From Thermoleophilia bacterium (GTDB lineage: Bacteria > Actinomycetota > Thermoleophilia > RBG-16-64-13): DNA of 17,827 nucleotides. Below are positions 1 to 7,976 of this stretch, one piece after another. The stretch covers positions 1 through 17,827 of the forward strand of contig JADGPI010000211.1 in assembly GCA_017882525.1 (NCBI GenBank), given 5' to 3'. A program made the translations under genes and the position numbers. Numbering within the stretch: the first letter of the stretch is position 1; each line of letters begins with the position of its first letter. The notes below the pieces were generated by a model. It was not told where the DNA came from, searched no databases, and saw nothing but the letters and a program-made list of their open reading frames with translations.

Positions 1-21
1 AGATGGACGTCGCAGGCCACC

Positions 22-507
22 GTGGGACTGGTGCTCGTCGTGGTCGGACTGGCAGTGGCAGGTGCCCTCATTGCGTTGACGGTGCCGAGGAACGCGCCGT
101 TACATCCTGGCCGGTCAGGGAGTGGAGCGGGACAGGTCTCAGGAGCGGCCCTTGGACAGCGCATCTTTCTCACCGGCACCGACGAAAATGGCCACCTTAT
201 CGCCCGGTCTGGAGGGATCGCGATGATGCAGTCCGGCCTTGGCTGCGCCACGTGTCATGGATCCGACGCCCGTGGTCGCACTATCCAGATGATGATGGGC
301 CAAGTCGTCGCGCTCGATATCCGCTGGAGTGTGTTGACCGCGCCTCCCACCCAGCCGGGTGACGTGGCCTTCGACTCCAGCTCGTTCTTTCGTGCAGTGA
401 CTCAGGGCATCGACCCGACCGGCAAGGCCCTGCAGCCATACATGCCGCACTGGGAGCTTACGCAAGCGGAGAGCGACTCGCTCGTGGCCTTCCTGAAAAC
501 CCTCTAG
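22..507 (+). CDS. Membrane-anchored c-type cytochrome (class I-like, single CXXCH heme motif GCATCHG), with an N-terminal TM helix MGLVLVVVGLAVAGALIALTV. The start is GTG at 22, and the frame stays open back to the window edge, so the true start could lie upstream.
   Basis: Seen in the translation: a hydrophobic N-terminal helix, the CATCH heme-binding motif and a downstream Met-rich segment (QMMMGQ). Codon usage is consistent with neighbouring genes. The stop is TAG at 505-507. Confidence 0.6.
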   Translation: MGLVLVVVGLAVAGALIALTVPRNAPLHPGRSGSGAGQVSGAALGQRIFLTGTDENGHLIARSGGIAMMQSGLGCATCHGSDARGRTIQMMMGQVVALDIRWSVLTAPPTQPGDVAFDSSSFFRAVTQGIDPTGKALQPYMPHWELTQAESDSLVAFLKTL

Positions 508-534
508 GCGCCGAGCCGCGCAGTTAGGGACGAC

Positions 535-1470
535 ATGGCTGAGCCAGAAGCGCCCCGACAGCCGGGTCCTGAAGCGCCGCGGCAGCGGGGTGCTGAGCAC
601 CGCTCCGGCGCCTGGATCGTAGCGGAGACCCTAGGCACCAGTACAGACTTTCGGTCGAGACTCGATTTCGACAAGGGGAGTCTCGAATGGCGCCGGCTTT
701 TCTCAGAGCTCTTCGGCACCTTCCTCTTGGTGCTTGTGGCTGTCGGCGGCGGTATGGTCAACGCGCGGTTCGGCGGCCATGCGGTGCCGGTGGCCGCGCA
801 GGTCGTGGCGCCCGGCCTCATGGTGATGAGCGTCATCCTTTTCATGGGCGCGGTGTCCGGCGCCCATCTGAACCCCGGAGTCACCATCGCGTTCGCGCTG
901 CGCCGCGATTTCCGTTGGCAACGAGTGCCCGGCTACATCGCCGCCCAGTTTGCCGGCGCCCTGCTCGCCACACTCGTCCTGCGCGCCGTCCTCGGCGCGC
1001 AAGGGGCCGCGGGCTTGACTCTGCCCGGTCCAGGAGTCACAGCTACTACAGCCATGATCTGGGAGATAGTTCTCTCGGCGGGACTGGTGAGCGTGATCCT
1101 GGGCACGGCCTCAGGCGCCCAGGCGGTGGGCTGGGGGGCCGCGATCGGCGTGGGTGGCTACATCGCCTTGGCCGGCCTATTCGGCGCTCCCGTCAGCGGC
1201 GCCTCGATGAACCTGGCGCGGTCGTTGGGACCGGCTATCGTCCTGGAAGACTTCACGGCGTGGTGGGCTTATCTCGTCGGACCCCTCGTGGGAAGCGTTA
1301 TCGCCGTGGGCATCGCGTACGTCCTTCGCGGCGCCGGCGGAGGCACGATGGGCAGACGGGCAGGCTCCGGCACGCTCGGGGAGTTGTGGCACCCCGGACC
1401 GCTCCGCCCCCCCGTTCCCGCGCAGGATACCGATGGCCGTCCAGCGATGAGGCCCAGCAACGAGGACTGA
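535..1470 (+). CDS. MIP/aquaporin-family channel (aquaporin or glycerol-facilitator-like) with non-canonical NPA boxes: NPG in the first and NLA in the second.
   Basis: Seen in the translation: six hydrophobic helices. The MIP signatures SGAHLNPGVT (NPG at 871-879) and SGASMNLARSLGPA (NLA at 1210-1218) are present. LFSELFGTFLLV is a typical MIP helix-1 start. AGGGA lies 5 nt upstream of the ATG at 535. The ~50-aa N-terminal extension may be partly 5' UTR if a later start is used. Confidence 0.8.
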   Translation: MAEPEAPRQPGPEAPRQRGAEHRSGAWIVAETLGTSTDFRSRLDFDKGSLEWRRLFSELFGTFLLVLVAVGGGMVNARFGGHAVPVAAQVVAPGLMVMSVILFMGAVSGAHLNPGVTIAFALRRDFRWQRVPGYIAAQFAGALLATLVLRAVLGAQGAAGLTLPGPGVTATTAMIWEIVLSAGLVSVILGTASGAQAVGWGAAIGVGGYIALAGLFGAPVSGASMNLARSLGPAIVLEDFTAWWAYLVGPLVGSVIAVGIAYVLRGAGGGTMGRRAGSGTLGELWHPGPLRPPVPAQDTDGRPAMRPSNED

Positions 1471-1492
1471 GCGCCTGCTCGCAAACGACAGC

Positions 1493-1525
1493 GGCCCCGG
1501 TCCGCGCCTGTGGCGGACCGGGGCC
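1493..1525. terminator. GC-rich hairpin between convergent genes, consisting of a perfect 13-bp inverted repeat with a 7-nt loop. It is probably a bidirectional transcription terminator for the MIP gene (+) and the encapsulin gene (-).
   Basis: Seen in the sequence: GGCCCCGGTCCGC (1493-1505), loop GCCTGTG, then GCGGACCGGGGCC (1513-1525). It sits in the 98-nt gap between the two stop codons. There is no strong U-tract, which is common in high-GC genomes. Confidence 0.5.
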
Positions 1526-1568
1526 GGCAGCATGTGCCACAAAGTAGCGCCGCCAAAGCCAGGCGGCC

Positions 1569-2783
1569 CTACTTGATCACGCAGATCGCTCCCGGGGCGT
1601 AGAGTTGCAGCGCAAGACTTTCCGAGATTGTGAGCTGATATTCCAGGTCCGAGGTCGGACCGACATACCCGGCACGCAAGTCCTGCCCGACTACGATCTC
1701 CGCATATTGTTTACCCACCGCTATCAGCACGCCACCGTCGGTCAAGGCGGGGGCTTTGACCACGCCTTCGGTCACAATACTGCCGATGTGCTCCAATTCT
1801 GTCCCGTCGCTTTGCGGGTATCGGCGAAAGAGCAGATTGAACCTGTCAGGCGCAAGGGCAAGCGCATAGGGCCCGTGGAACCCAGCTCTATCGAGGGTGG
1901 TCACTGCTTCGATGATGGTATCCGCGGCCGCACCGATCTTGGTCCAAGGAGCAAGCTTCACCGTCTGCACACCTTCAGTGGTCGTCAGCCCGGCGACGCG
2001 AAGCGTGTCCGAGCCGTACAGAAGCAGCTTGTCTTCTTCCATGGCCAGATAGATAGCCGCCTCGGCGACGACACCCAGGTCCGGCTCGATCCCATTGGCC
2101 TCGAAAGCTGCCAGGTCCCTTCTTGGCAAGGTGAAGTTGGCCGCCAACTGGGCCACCGGGAACGTGGCACTCGCCGAAAATGTGATCCCGGTGTCTCCCG
2201 CGAACGTCTGATCTCTCTTCGGCAGGTGCCGCAACTCTAGGCCAAGCGGCCCCGCGACACTGACTATCCGGCGGACGCTCAATTGGCTGCGGGCCGCACC
2301 GATCACTACCTCATCGATCTTGGCCCAGACTCGGTCGCCAAAGGGAGCGTCACCGCGCTGCAGATACTTGGACATAGCCTTTTTCTCCCCTTCTTTCCGA
2401 TGTTCGTCCGGCTCTTCCGTCTCGACAGGGGACGCCGCCGCTTCCTGGGCCTCGACCCCATCACTGATTCCAGCTTCGCCGGCTCCTTCTGCCGGGCCGG
2501 AGGCCTCGCCTTCCGGGGGTTCCCAGTACGCCTCAGCCGCCTGCTCCATCTCCTCGAGCCGGTCGTAGTAGTCCGGGTATTCCTTTAGGTGCGCGAGAGC
2601 GATCTTCCCAGTAGTCTGAGGATCGTCGGCCGTGACGTTCGTCTGGGAATCGCAGAGTCCATGCTCCAACTCCACGTCCATGCCACGCCGGAATTGATCG
2701 ACCTCGAACGCCGACCAGTCGATGCCCAGGCTCTCGCCGATGGCCTGCGCCTCCTCGGCCGTAAACCTGCCTTCGCCGTCCAT
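1569..2783 (-). CDS. Family-1 encapsulin shell protein (HK97-fold, Linocin M18-like) with an in-frame N-terminal fusion. The fusion comprises a ~85-aa domain of unknown function (signature VELEHG...GKIALAHLKEYPDYYDRLEEME), a ~50-aa acidic G/A/E/P-rich linker, and then the shell domain from MSKYLQRG onward.
   Basis: The C-terminal ~268 aa align by eye to the T. maritima encapsulin (MEFLKRSFAPL...IDNRA...; GPYG~GPLG; ILGQDLSIGYE~VVGQDLRAGYV; the C-terminal hydrophobic ending). The fusion start ATG at 2783 has a GGGAGG RBS 6 nt upstream. The ORF is uninterrupted, and the N-terminal part has protein-like rather than GC-artefact composition. An internal AAGGGGAG sequence sits 9 nt upstream of the conventional shell start, M137, at 2375. 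Confidence 0.85.
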   Translation of the reverse strand: MDGEGRFTAEEAQAIGESLGIDWSAFEVDQFRRGMDVELEHGLCDSQTNVTADDPQTTGKIALAHLKEYPDYYDRLEEMEQAAEAYWEPPEGEASGPAEGAGEAGISDGVEAQEAAASPVETEEPDEHRKEGEKKAMSKYLQRGDAPFGDRVWAKIDEVVIGAARSQLSVRRIVSVAGPLGLELRHLPKRDQTFAGDTGITFSASATFPVAQLAANFTLPRRDLAAFEANGIEPDLGVVAEAAIYLAMEEDKLLLYGSDTLRVAGLTTTEGVQTVKLAPWTKIGAAADTIIEAVTTLDRAGFHGPYALALAPDRFNLLFRRYPQSDGTELEHIGSIVTEGVVKAPALTDGGVLIAVGKQYAEIVVGQDLRAGYVGPTSDLEYQLTISESLALQLYAPGAICVIK

Positions 2784-2918
2784 TCATTACCTCCCAGCAA
2801 TCAGCCAGGGTCGCTCAGCACGGGCAAGAGGTTAGTACCCAACTTGGCCCAGTCACTACCGCTCTCACCCGCATCCCGTCCGCTGCTCGCGGGTAAGCAG
2901 CCGCGCGTGGCGGCGTGG

Positions 2919-3221
2919 CTATTTGTTCTTCTCTTCGAGGCTGGTTATGGATCCCTCGGTGAAGAGGTAATCCTTGAGCTCTTTCGCCTGGACCGCGTCG
3001 TTGCGCCGGATCCATTCGAGAAGCATGGCGGCGTGTTCTTTCTCTTCGTCGCGATTGTGCGCGAGAACCGCTTTCAGCCTGGGATCCTTGCTGGTCTCCA
3101 CCCGCATGTCGTACCAAGCTGCTGCCTGGAGCTCTTCCATGAGTGATGCCACCGCCCGTTTCATGTCCCTCACGGCAGCGCTCAGCTCGTTTTCAGGCTC
3201 CGGGAGGTTCTCCAGTGCCAT
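2919..3221 (-). CDS. Encapsulated ferritin-like protein (EncFtn, family-1 encapsulin cargo with a ferroxidase ExxH motif) carrying a C-terminal targeting-peptide-like tail (TEGSITSLEEKNK).
   Basis: There is strong by-eye identity to R. rubrum EncFtn (MEELEAVDWYDQRVDASTDPELTAILAHNRDEEKEHAAMTLEWLRRNDA... versus MEELQAAAWYDMRVETSKDPRLKAVLAHNRDEEKEHAAMLLEWIRRNDA...). The start is set at the internal ATG (MALENL...) because AAGGAGG lies 5 nt upstream of it. The 13-codon extension in the ORF track (to 3260) is likely spurious. The gene sits immediately upstream of the encapsulin gene on the same strand. Confidence 0.9.
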   Translation of the reverse strand: MALENLPEPENELSAAVRDMKRAVASLMEELQAAAWYDMRVETSKDPRLKAVLAHNRDEEKEHAAMLLEWIRRNDAVQAKELKDYLFTEGSITSLEEKNK

Positions 3222-3277
3222 GATTCCTCCTTGCCGTCGTCGTTCGGGGCGCCACAACAAAAGGTGCGCTGCGCCGT

Positions 3278-3312
3278 CCCGCCTCTCTCGTAACTATTAC
3301 GCGAGAGGCGGG
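3278..3312. terminator. Stem-loop (13-bp stem with one mismatch region, 9-nt loop) downstream of the SLH-protein gene and upstream of the EncFtn start. It is probably the terminator of the surface-protein gene and the boundary of the encapsulin operon.
   Basis: Seen in the sequence: CCCGCCTCTCTCG taactatta CGCGAGAGGCGGG. On the minus strand it is followed about 18 nt later by a short T-run (CCTTTTGTTG). Confidence 0.4.
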
Positions 3313-3340
3313 TAGCCAAACTAGGCGGGCACGAAGGCGT

Positions 3341-5020
3341 TTACTGCTGGAGCAAGATGAGGGCGTTCCATTCGAGTTGGGCGACCTCTCCCCGGGTGAT
3401 CGGGCCGAGCGGATCGAGATCGTCGAGCGGGAGACCGGCGAGCAACAGGTTGTACTCGGCGCGCCGGGCGTTCTGCCCATGATCCGGGCTCAGACCCGTG
3501 GACCACGTGGAGTGATAGCTGGACGGGGGAGTCTTCAGCAGACCAGGGTGTAGGTCGTCAAGGCCCCGCACCACCATCGTGATGGCCTGGAACCGGGTGA
3601 TGTTGCCGTAGGGAAGGAACAATGTGGCCGTCTTGCCTTGCGTGATGTGGTGAGACGCAGCCACTGCCACGTAGTGATCCGGGTACAGCGGGTCGTTGGG
3701 ATCTACGAGATGACCGGCAGTGGTCTTCGGAACATCGGTGAAAGGAGAGACGTTCTGCTCGGAGACGGCGTAGCCGAGGGTCAGGACGACCGTCTTGGCG
3801 AACTGCTGCCGTGTGACAGGGGCGATGGGATGGAACGTGCCGTCGGTGAAGCCGCCGATGATCTTCCGGGTGGCCAACTGCACGATGGCGGCATGGTAGG
3901 CGCTGGTGGGAGGTACGTCGCTGAACAGCCAGGGCGCGGCCTTGGTCTTGAAGCTCCACGACACCGGTGCTCCCAGGATGCTCGCGCCGCTCGAACCCTT
4001 GATGGTGCCGTCCATGGTCACGATGTAGGTACTCTCGGGGTCGAGATCGGCGACGGCCTTGAGCGTAGCCGTCTTCCCGTTGCAGGTGACGTCGGCCGGG
4101 AGCGGCATGCCTCCCGATTTCTTGATGGTGAAGCTGGCCGAAGTCAGCGTGTCCTTACTGAGATCCCAATCGAAGGTCACGAAGACCCGGACGTCGAGAG
4201 GCACGTCCACGTCGCCGTCCGCGGGCGTGCGCGCGACGATCTGTGGCGGAACGGCCGGGATGGTCGTGAAAGTCCAAACGAATGGTGCTCCGAGCACGAA
4301 CATCCCGTCCAAAGCCCGAACCTCGGCGGTCATCGAGATCTGATACTTGGTGTTCTCCAGAAGCTGGGCCTGCGGAGTGAGGGTGGCGGTCCTCGTAGCG
4401 ACGTTGTAGTTGATGGCAGCAGGAAGAGGGGCGCCGCCTTGCTTCGCAAAGTGGAACGTGGAGGAAGTGAAGGTGGCCGGATCCATGTCGCTGTCGAACA
4501 CCACTGAAATCGCGGGGGCGATCGACTGGTTGACCGCCCCATCCGCCGGAGCCTGGCTGACGATGTGCGGTGGTATGGGTGGGACGGTGTCGAAGTGCCA
4601 GACGATGTCGGATTGCGACACGGACTGTTTGGTCGCCAGATGCACTCCGGTCGAGAGAGTCACGTAGTAGGTGGATCCCGCGGTGAGGCGAGCCGTGGGC
4701 GTAAGAGTGGCAGTCTTGGTGCCCAGATCGTATGTCACAGTCGCCGGCAGGGGAAATCCCGTGGCCTTGAGGACGGAGAAGTTGCCCGCGGTAACCGTGG
4801 CCGGGTCCAGGTCCTGGTCGAAAGTGATGGTAATCGCCTGGTTGACCGGGATGTCCGTTTGTCCATCGGCCGGCGTGCGGCTGATCACGTGCGGGGGCAG
4901 AACTAGGGCGGCGGCACTGGCAACCCCGCCCGATCCCATGACGCCCAAGCAAGCGAGCAGTCCTGCAAGCAGGAGCGGCGCCGCCAACCTGACGCTCCGA
5001 TTCAAGCCACACCTAACCAT
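3341..5020 (-). CDS. Secreted SLH-anchored cell-surface (S-layer-associated) protein. It has a signal peptide, four Ig-like (SbsA_Ig/Big_5-type) repeats that each begin PPH(V/I)(I/V)SxxPADG, and three C-terminal SLH domains.
   Basis: Seen in the translation: repeated PPHVISRTPADG, PPHIVSQAPADG and PPQIVARTPADG modules. The SLH signatures are FSDVPPTSAYHAAIVQLATRKIIGGFTDGTFHPIAPVTRQQFA, FTDVPKTT...ITRFQAITMVVRGL and ...GPITRGEVAQLEWNAL. The start is set at ATG 5020 (MVRCGLNRSVRLAAPLLLAGLLA, a signal peptide) because GGAGAAGGAG lies 5 nt upstream. The ORF-track start at 5089 adds 23 unlikely residues. Confidence 0.8.
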   Translation of the reverse strand: MVRCGLNRSVRLAAPLLLAGLLACLGVMGSGGVASAAALVLPPHVISRTPADGQTDIPVNQAITITFDQDLDPATVTAGNFSVLKATGFPLPATVTYDLGTKTATLTPTARLTAGSTYYVTLSTGVHLATKQSVSQSDIVWHFDTVPPIPPHIVSQAPADGAVNQSIAPAISVVFDSDMDPATFTSSTFHFAKQGGAPLPAAINYNVATRTATLTPQAQLLENTKYQISMTAEVRALDGMFVLGAPFVWTFTTIPAVPPQIVARTPADGDVDVPLDVRVFVTFDWDLSKDTLTSASFTIKKSGGMPLPADVTCNGKTATLKAVADLDPESTYIVTMDGTIKGSSGASILGAPVSWSFKTKAAPWLFSDVPPTSAYHAAIVQLATRKIIGGFTDGTFHPIAPVTRQQFAKTVVLTLGYAVSEQNVSPFTDVPKTTAGHLVDPNDPLYPDHYVAVAASHHITQGKTATLFLPYGNITRFQAITMVVRGLDDLHPGLLKTPPSSYHSTWSTGLSPDHGQNARRAEYNLLLAGLPLDDLDPLGPITRGEVAQLEWNALILLQQ

Positions 5021-5196
5021 GGCGCACTCCTTCTCCCCGTTTTTCCCTCTGAGCGCAAGGCCTGCAACCCGATGCTCGGCCAAGACCAAGTGGCAAGCTA
5101 AAGCCAGGACCTGGCGAACAAGACACTATTACTGGTCGGCGCGCCGGACTCCTGCCTGGCGATCCCGCGAGAGCGGACCGACGGGTGGCGCGTCGT

Positions 5197-6153
5197 TCAG
5201 ATACCGCAGAGCTTCGTGTCCACATAGTGGAGGGCGTGATACGCGGAGAACGCGCCACGGGCACAGGCGGTGACAACCTGTTTCAGCTCGTAGTCGCTCA
5301 CATCGCCGGCTGCGTAAAGGCCGGGACAAGAGGTCAGGCCGTTGCGGTCCACTTTGACGAAACCCTCTTCGTCGAGTTCGCAAAGCCCCTTGATGAGAGA
5401 GTTCTGCGGGTCTACGCCTACGAAGATGAACACCCCGTCGACGGGCAGAAAGTCCTCACTGCCGTCTTCAGTGGAACGCAACTTGAGGCCCGACACCTTG
5501 CCGTCCACACCCACGATCTCCTCGATGGTCCTCGACCAGTGCATGGTGATCTTCGGGTTGATGAAGCAGCGTTCCTGGATGCAGACCGTGGCCCTCAACT
5601 CTTCCCGCCGGTGGATGAGATGCACCTGGCTGGCGAACTTCGTGAGGAAGAGAGCTTCCTGGGTGGCCGCGTCGCCCCCGCCCACGACCGCCACCACCTT
5701 GTCGCGATACAGGGGCGCGTCGCACGTGGCGCACCACGAGACTCCCCGTCCTGCGAACTTCGCCTCACCGTCCACCGCGAGCTTCTTCGGCACCGCTCCT
5801 GTGGCCAGTATGAGGGCACGGGCCGTGACCTCTTCGCCGTCCAACCCTAGAACGAAGTCGCAGCCCTCCTTTTTCACGGACACGACCGGGGCAAGGGTTC
5901 TGATCTCTGCACCGGCATTCTGGGCCTGCTTCAGGAACAGATCGCCCAGCTCCATACCGCCGACTCCCTCGGGAAAGCCCGGGTAATTCTCCACCCATGA
6001 AGCGGTGACGATCTGCCCGCCGGGCAGCCCGGCTTCGTACACCACCGTGCGCGCCCTGCCTCTCGCTCCGTAGAGCGCCGCGGTCAGACCCGCGGGGCCG
6101 CCTCCCACGATGGCGATATCGACGATCTCAGCCACGTCACCCTCCACCCTCAC
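5197..6153 (-). CDS. trxB: Thioredoxin-disulfide reductase (FAD/NAD(P)-binding, with the redox-active CATC motif).
   Basis: Seen in the translation: the GGGPAG FAD motif, the WCATCD redox-active dithiol, a second Rossmann motif VVGGGDAA, and a C-terminal GLYAAGDV. The start is probably GTG at 6135 (MAEIVDIAIVGGG), with GGTGGAGGG upstream, rather than the GTG at 6153. Confidence 0.85.
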   Translation of the reverse strand: MRVEGDVAEIVDIAIVGGGPAGLTAALYGARGRARTVVYEAGLPGGQIVTASWVENYPGFPEGVGGMELGDLFLKQAQNAGAEIRTLAPVVSVKKEGCDFVLGLDGEEVTARALILATGAVPKKLAVDGEAKFAGRGVSWCATCDAPLYRDKVVAVVGGGDAATQEALFLTKFASQVHLIHRREELRATVCIQERCFINPKITMHWSRTIEEIVGVDGKVSGLKLRSTEDGSEDFLPVDGVFIFVGVDPQNSLIKGLCELDEEGFVKVDRNGLTSCPGLYAAGDVSDYELKQVVTACARGAFSAYHALHYVDTKLCGI

Positions 6154-6206
6154 GCGTCATTTGCGCCCGACCGGGGTCAATATACCCGACTTGGCTCAAT
6201 GGGAAG

Positions 6207-7976
6207 CTACGGCACGATCTGTACCGGCGTGCCGATGTAGACGCGCGTGAAAAGGTCCTCCGCGTCGGGGATGTGCATCCGAATGCAACCATGAGAGGCG
6301 GCGGTGCCGATGCTCCAGTCCGCGTCTGTGCCGTGGATACCTATCGCCGGCGCCGAGAGCCCCATCCAACGGGTGCCGAGTGGGTTGCCCGGCCCCGGCG
6401 GCACCGGGTCCAATCCGACGGCCCAGGGAGATTTCGGGGGAGTCCAAATGGGATTGCGCACTTTCGAGATGATCTTCCAGTTTCCCACTGGGGTGGGATA
6501 GGCCGGCTGGCCGATGGCGACCGAGTACGTTTTCGCCAGTTTCCCATCAGAGAAGAGATAGAGCTTCCGCTCCGAGATGTCGATGCGGATAGAGCCGATC
6601 ATGAGAGCAAGAGCATCTGCGTTGGCTGATGTGCCCCCGGTGAGGTTTCGCGACTGGTTGAAAGCGGCCATTGCCTGCGCGGTAGCGCTGTCATAGACGC
6701 CGTTGGCCTCTCCAGTGTAGAGACCCTTCGCGGTCAGGACCTTCTGGAGCTCCACCACGTCTTTACCGGTCGCTCCCTCGCCCAGCGGCCGCGCCCCGAA
6801 GATCTCCGTGGTGTCGACCAGAAAGGTGCGATGCCAGGTCGACACGTGACCTCCGAGGTCCTGCACCGAAACGCTCACATCGTGGGTTCCCTCGGACAGT
6901 TCGCCCGTGGCCAGAAGATAGTACCTGGGCTGAGCCGCGGCGACGCTCGATGGGCTTGGCGACGTGCCGATGGTGGCAGTGGTGGACGTCGATTTCTTGG
7001 CGGTGGAAGTCTTCGCGGCCGGCTTGCCGGTCGCGGCGGGCGATGCGGTGCCGTTAGTAACGGTGCTGGTTCGGAGTAGGCTGGTATTCTGTCCGTCCAC
7101 ACTGGCGGACATCACGAGTTTGTCCGGAAAATTGTCGGCTATGGCAAGGGTGAGGGCGGCGGAGGTCTGCTTCCACGTGTCGCCCGGCCATTCTGCCTCT
7201 TGCACCGTCGGAGCCGTATAGTCGGCCCAGGCTTCCCACTCCTGGACGGTCCGATTACCCAGCGGATCAGTGACTGTGAGGGTGAATTCGTGCTTTCCCT
7301 CAGTCAGGGACAGGTCCCCTTGCACCGTCCGCCCCGCATTGACCGATGAGTCGCCCGTTGCGGAGACGGCTCCGGCTGCAGACGCCGTACTCGAAGCGGA
7401 GGAGCCGCCCAATGTCAACGCCACGTTCTTGCCATCCACGGACAGGGTCGCTGTAGCATCCTCGCTGAAGGTGGCCACGAAATGGTTCGACTTCTGGCTG
7501 AGGATCGCGAGCGGCGAAGGCGACACAACACGGACCTCGGGCGAGGTGGTATCGATCGAAAAGCTCCAAGAGCGTGACAGCCGTCGCGAGAAGATGTCCG
7601 CCGACGTGTACTCCACGGCTGCCGTATGGGTGCCGTCGGCGAGCGAAACAGTGGCCTCGGCACCGTCGGTACGCAGGGCCAGACTCGAAGCGTCAAGGGC
7701 TTTTCCGTCTACCGTTACAGTGACCGTGCCTCTGCCGGGAACGTACCCGGGAAGCGAGCACGAGATCTTGACCGAGGCGGAAGCCAAACGCGCACCCTGC
7801 TCGGGCGAGACCGCGGCCATCTGGACTGAGCGCGCGTGTTCGATCCAAACGAACCCACCCGCGGCCGCAATCAGGATGACCAGAGCCACGATGGTCCAGC
7901 CCCACCAACGGATCCGTCGCAGTCTGCCCACTCTTGCCCCGTTTTTCGGGTCGCTGACAGTAGGGCCGCGGTTCAC
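6207..7976 (-). CDS. L,D-transpeptidase family protein. It has an N-terminal TM anchor, Ig-like/Big-type beta domains, a Ser/Thr/Ala-rich linker, a peptidoglycan-binding domain (PG_binding_1) and a C-terminal YkuD catalytic domain.
   Basis: Seen in the translation: the TM helix WWGWTIVALVILIAAAGGFVWI; the PG-binding signature GATGKDVVELQKVLTAKGLYTGEANGVYDSATAQAMAAFNQSRNL; and the YkuD active-site region GIHGT...SHGCIRM. The start is GTG at 7976, although the GTG at 7931 is an alternative. Confidence 0.8.
   Translation of the reverse strand: MNRGPTVSDPKNGARVGRLRRIRWWGWTIVALVILIAAAGGFVWIEHARSVQMAAVSPEQGARLASASVKISCSLPGYVPGRGTVTVTVDGKALDASSLALRTDGAEATVSLADGTHTAAVEYTSADIFSRRLSRSWSFSIDTTSPEVRVVSPSPLAILSQKSNHFVATFSEDATATLSVDGKNVALTLGGSSASSTASAAGAVSATGDSSVNAGRTVQGDLSLTEGKHEFTLTVTDPLGNRTVQEWEAWADYTAPTVQEAEWPGDTWKQTSAALTLAIADNFPDKLVMSASVDGQNTSLLRTSTVTNGTASPAATGKPAAKTSTAKKSTSTTATIGTSPSPSSVAAAQPRYYLLATGELSEGTHDVSVSVQDLGGHVSTWHRTFLVDTTEIFGARPLGEGATGKDVVELQKVLTAKGLYTGEANGVYDSATAQAMAAFNQSRNLTGGTSANADALALMIGSIRIDISERKLYLFSDGKLAKTYSVAIGQPAYPTPVGNWKIISKVRNPIWTPPKSPWAVGLDPVPPGPGNPLGTRWMGLSAPAIGIHGTDADWSIGTAASHGCIRMHIPDAEDLFTRVYIGTPVQIVP

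Noticed and set aside
687-1547. A 286-aa ORF preceded by a good SD-like AAGGGGAG sequence and ATG.
   Set aside because: It is entirely R/P/G-rich (RRRYGQRAVRRPCGAGGRAGRG...) and lies in the +1 frame of the MIP channel gene, whose frame shows TM helices and NPA-type boxes. The SD-like string is fortuitous.
3222-3260. The 13-codon N-terminal extension of the EncFtn ORF (MLWRPERRRQGGI).
   Set aside because: A strong SD (AAGGAGG) sits inside it, 5 nt before the internal ATG (MALENL...), and homologous EncFtn proteins begin near that point.
4155-5012. A 285-aa minus-strand ORF and several plus-strand ORFs inside the SLH surface-protein gene.
   Set aside because: They are in the wrong frame relative to the clearly modular Ig-like and SLH protein, and have low-complexity composition.
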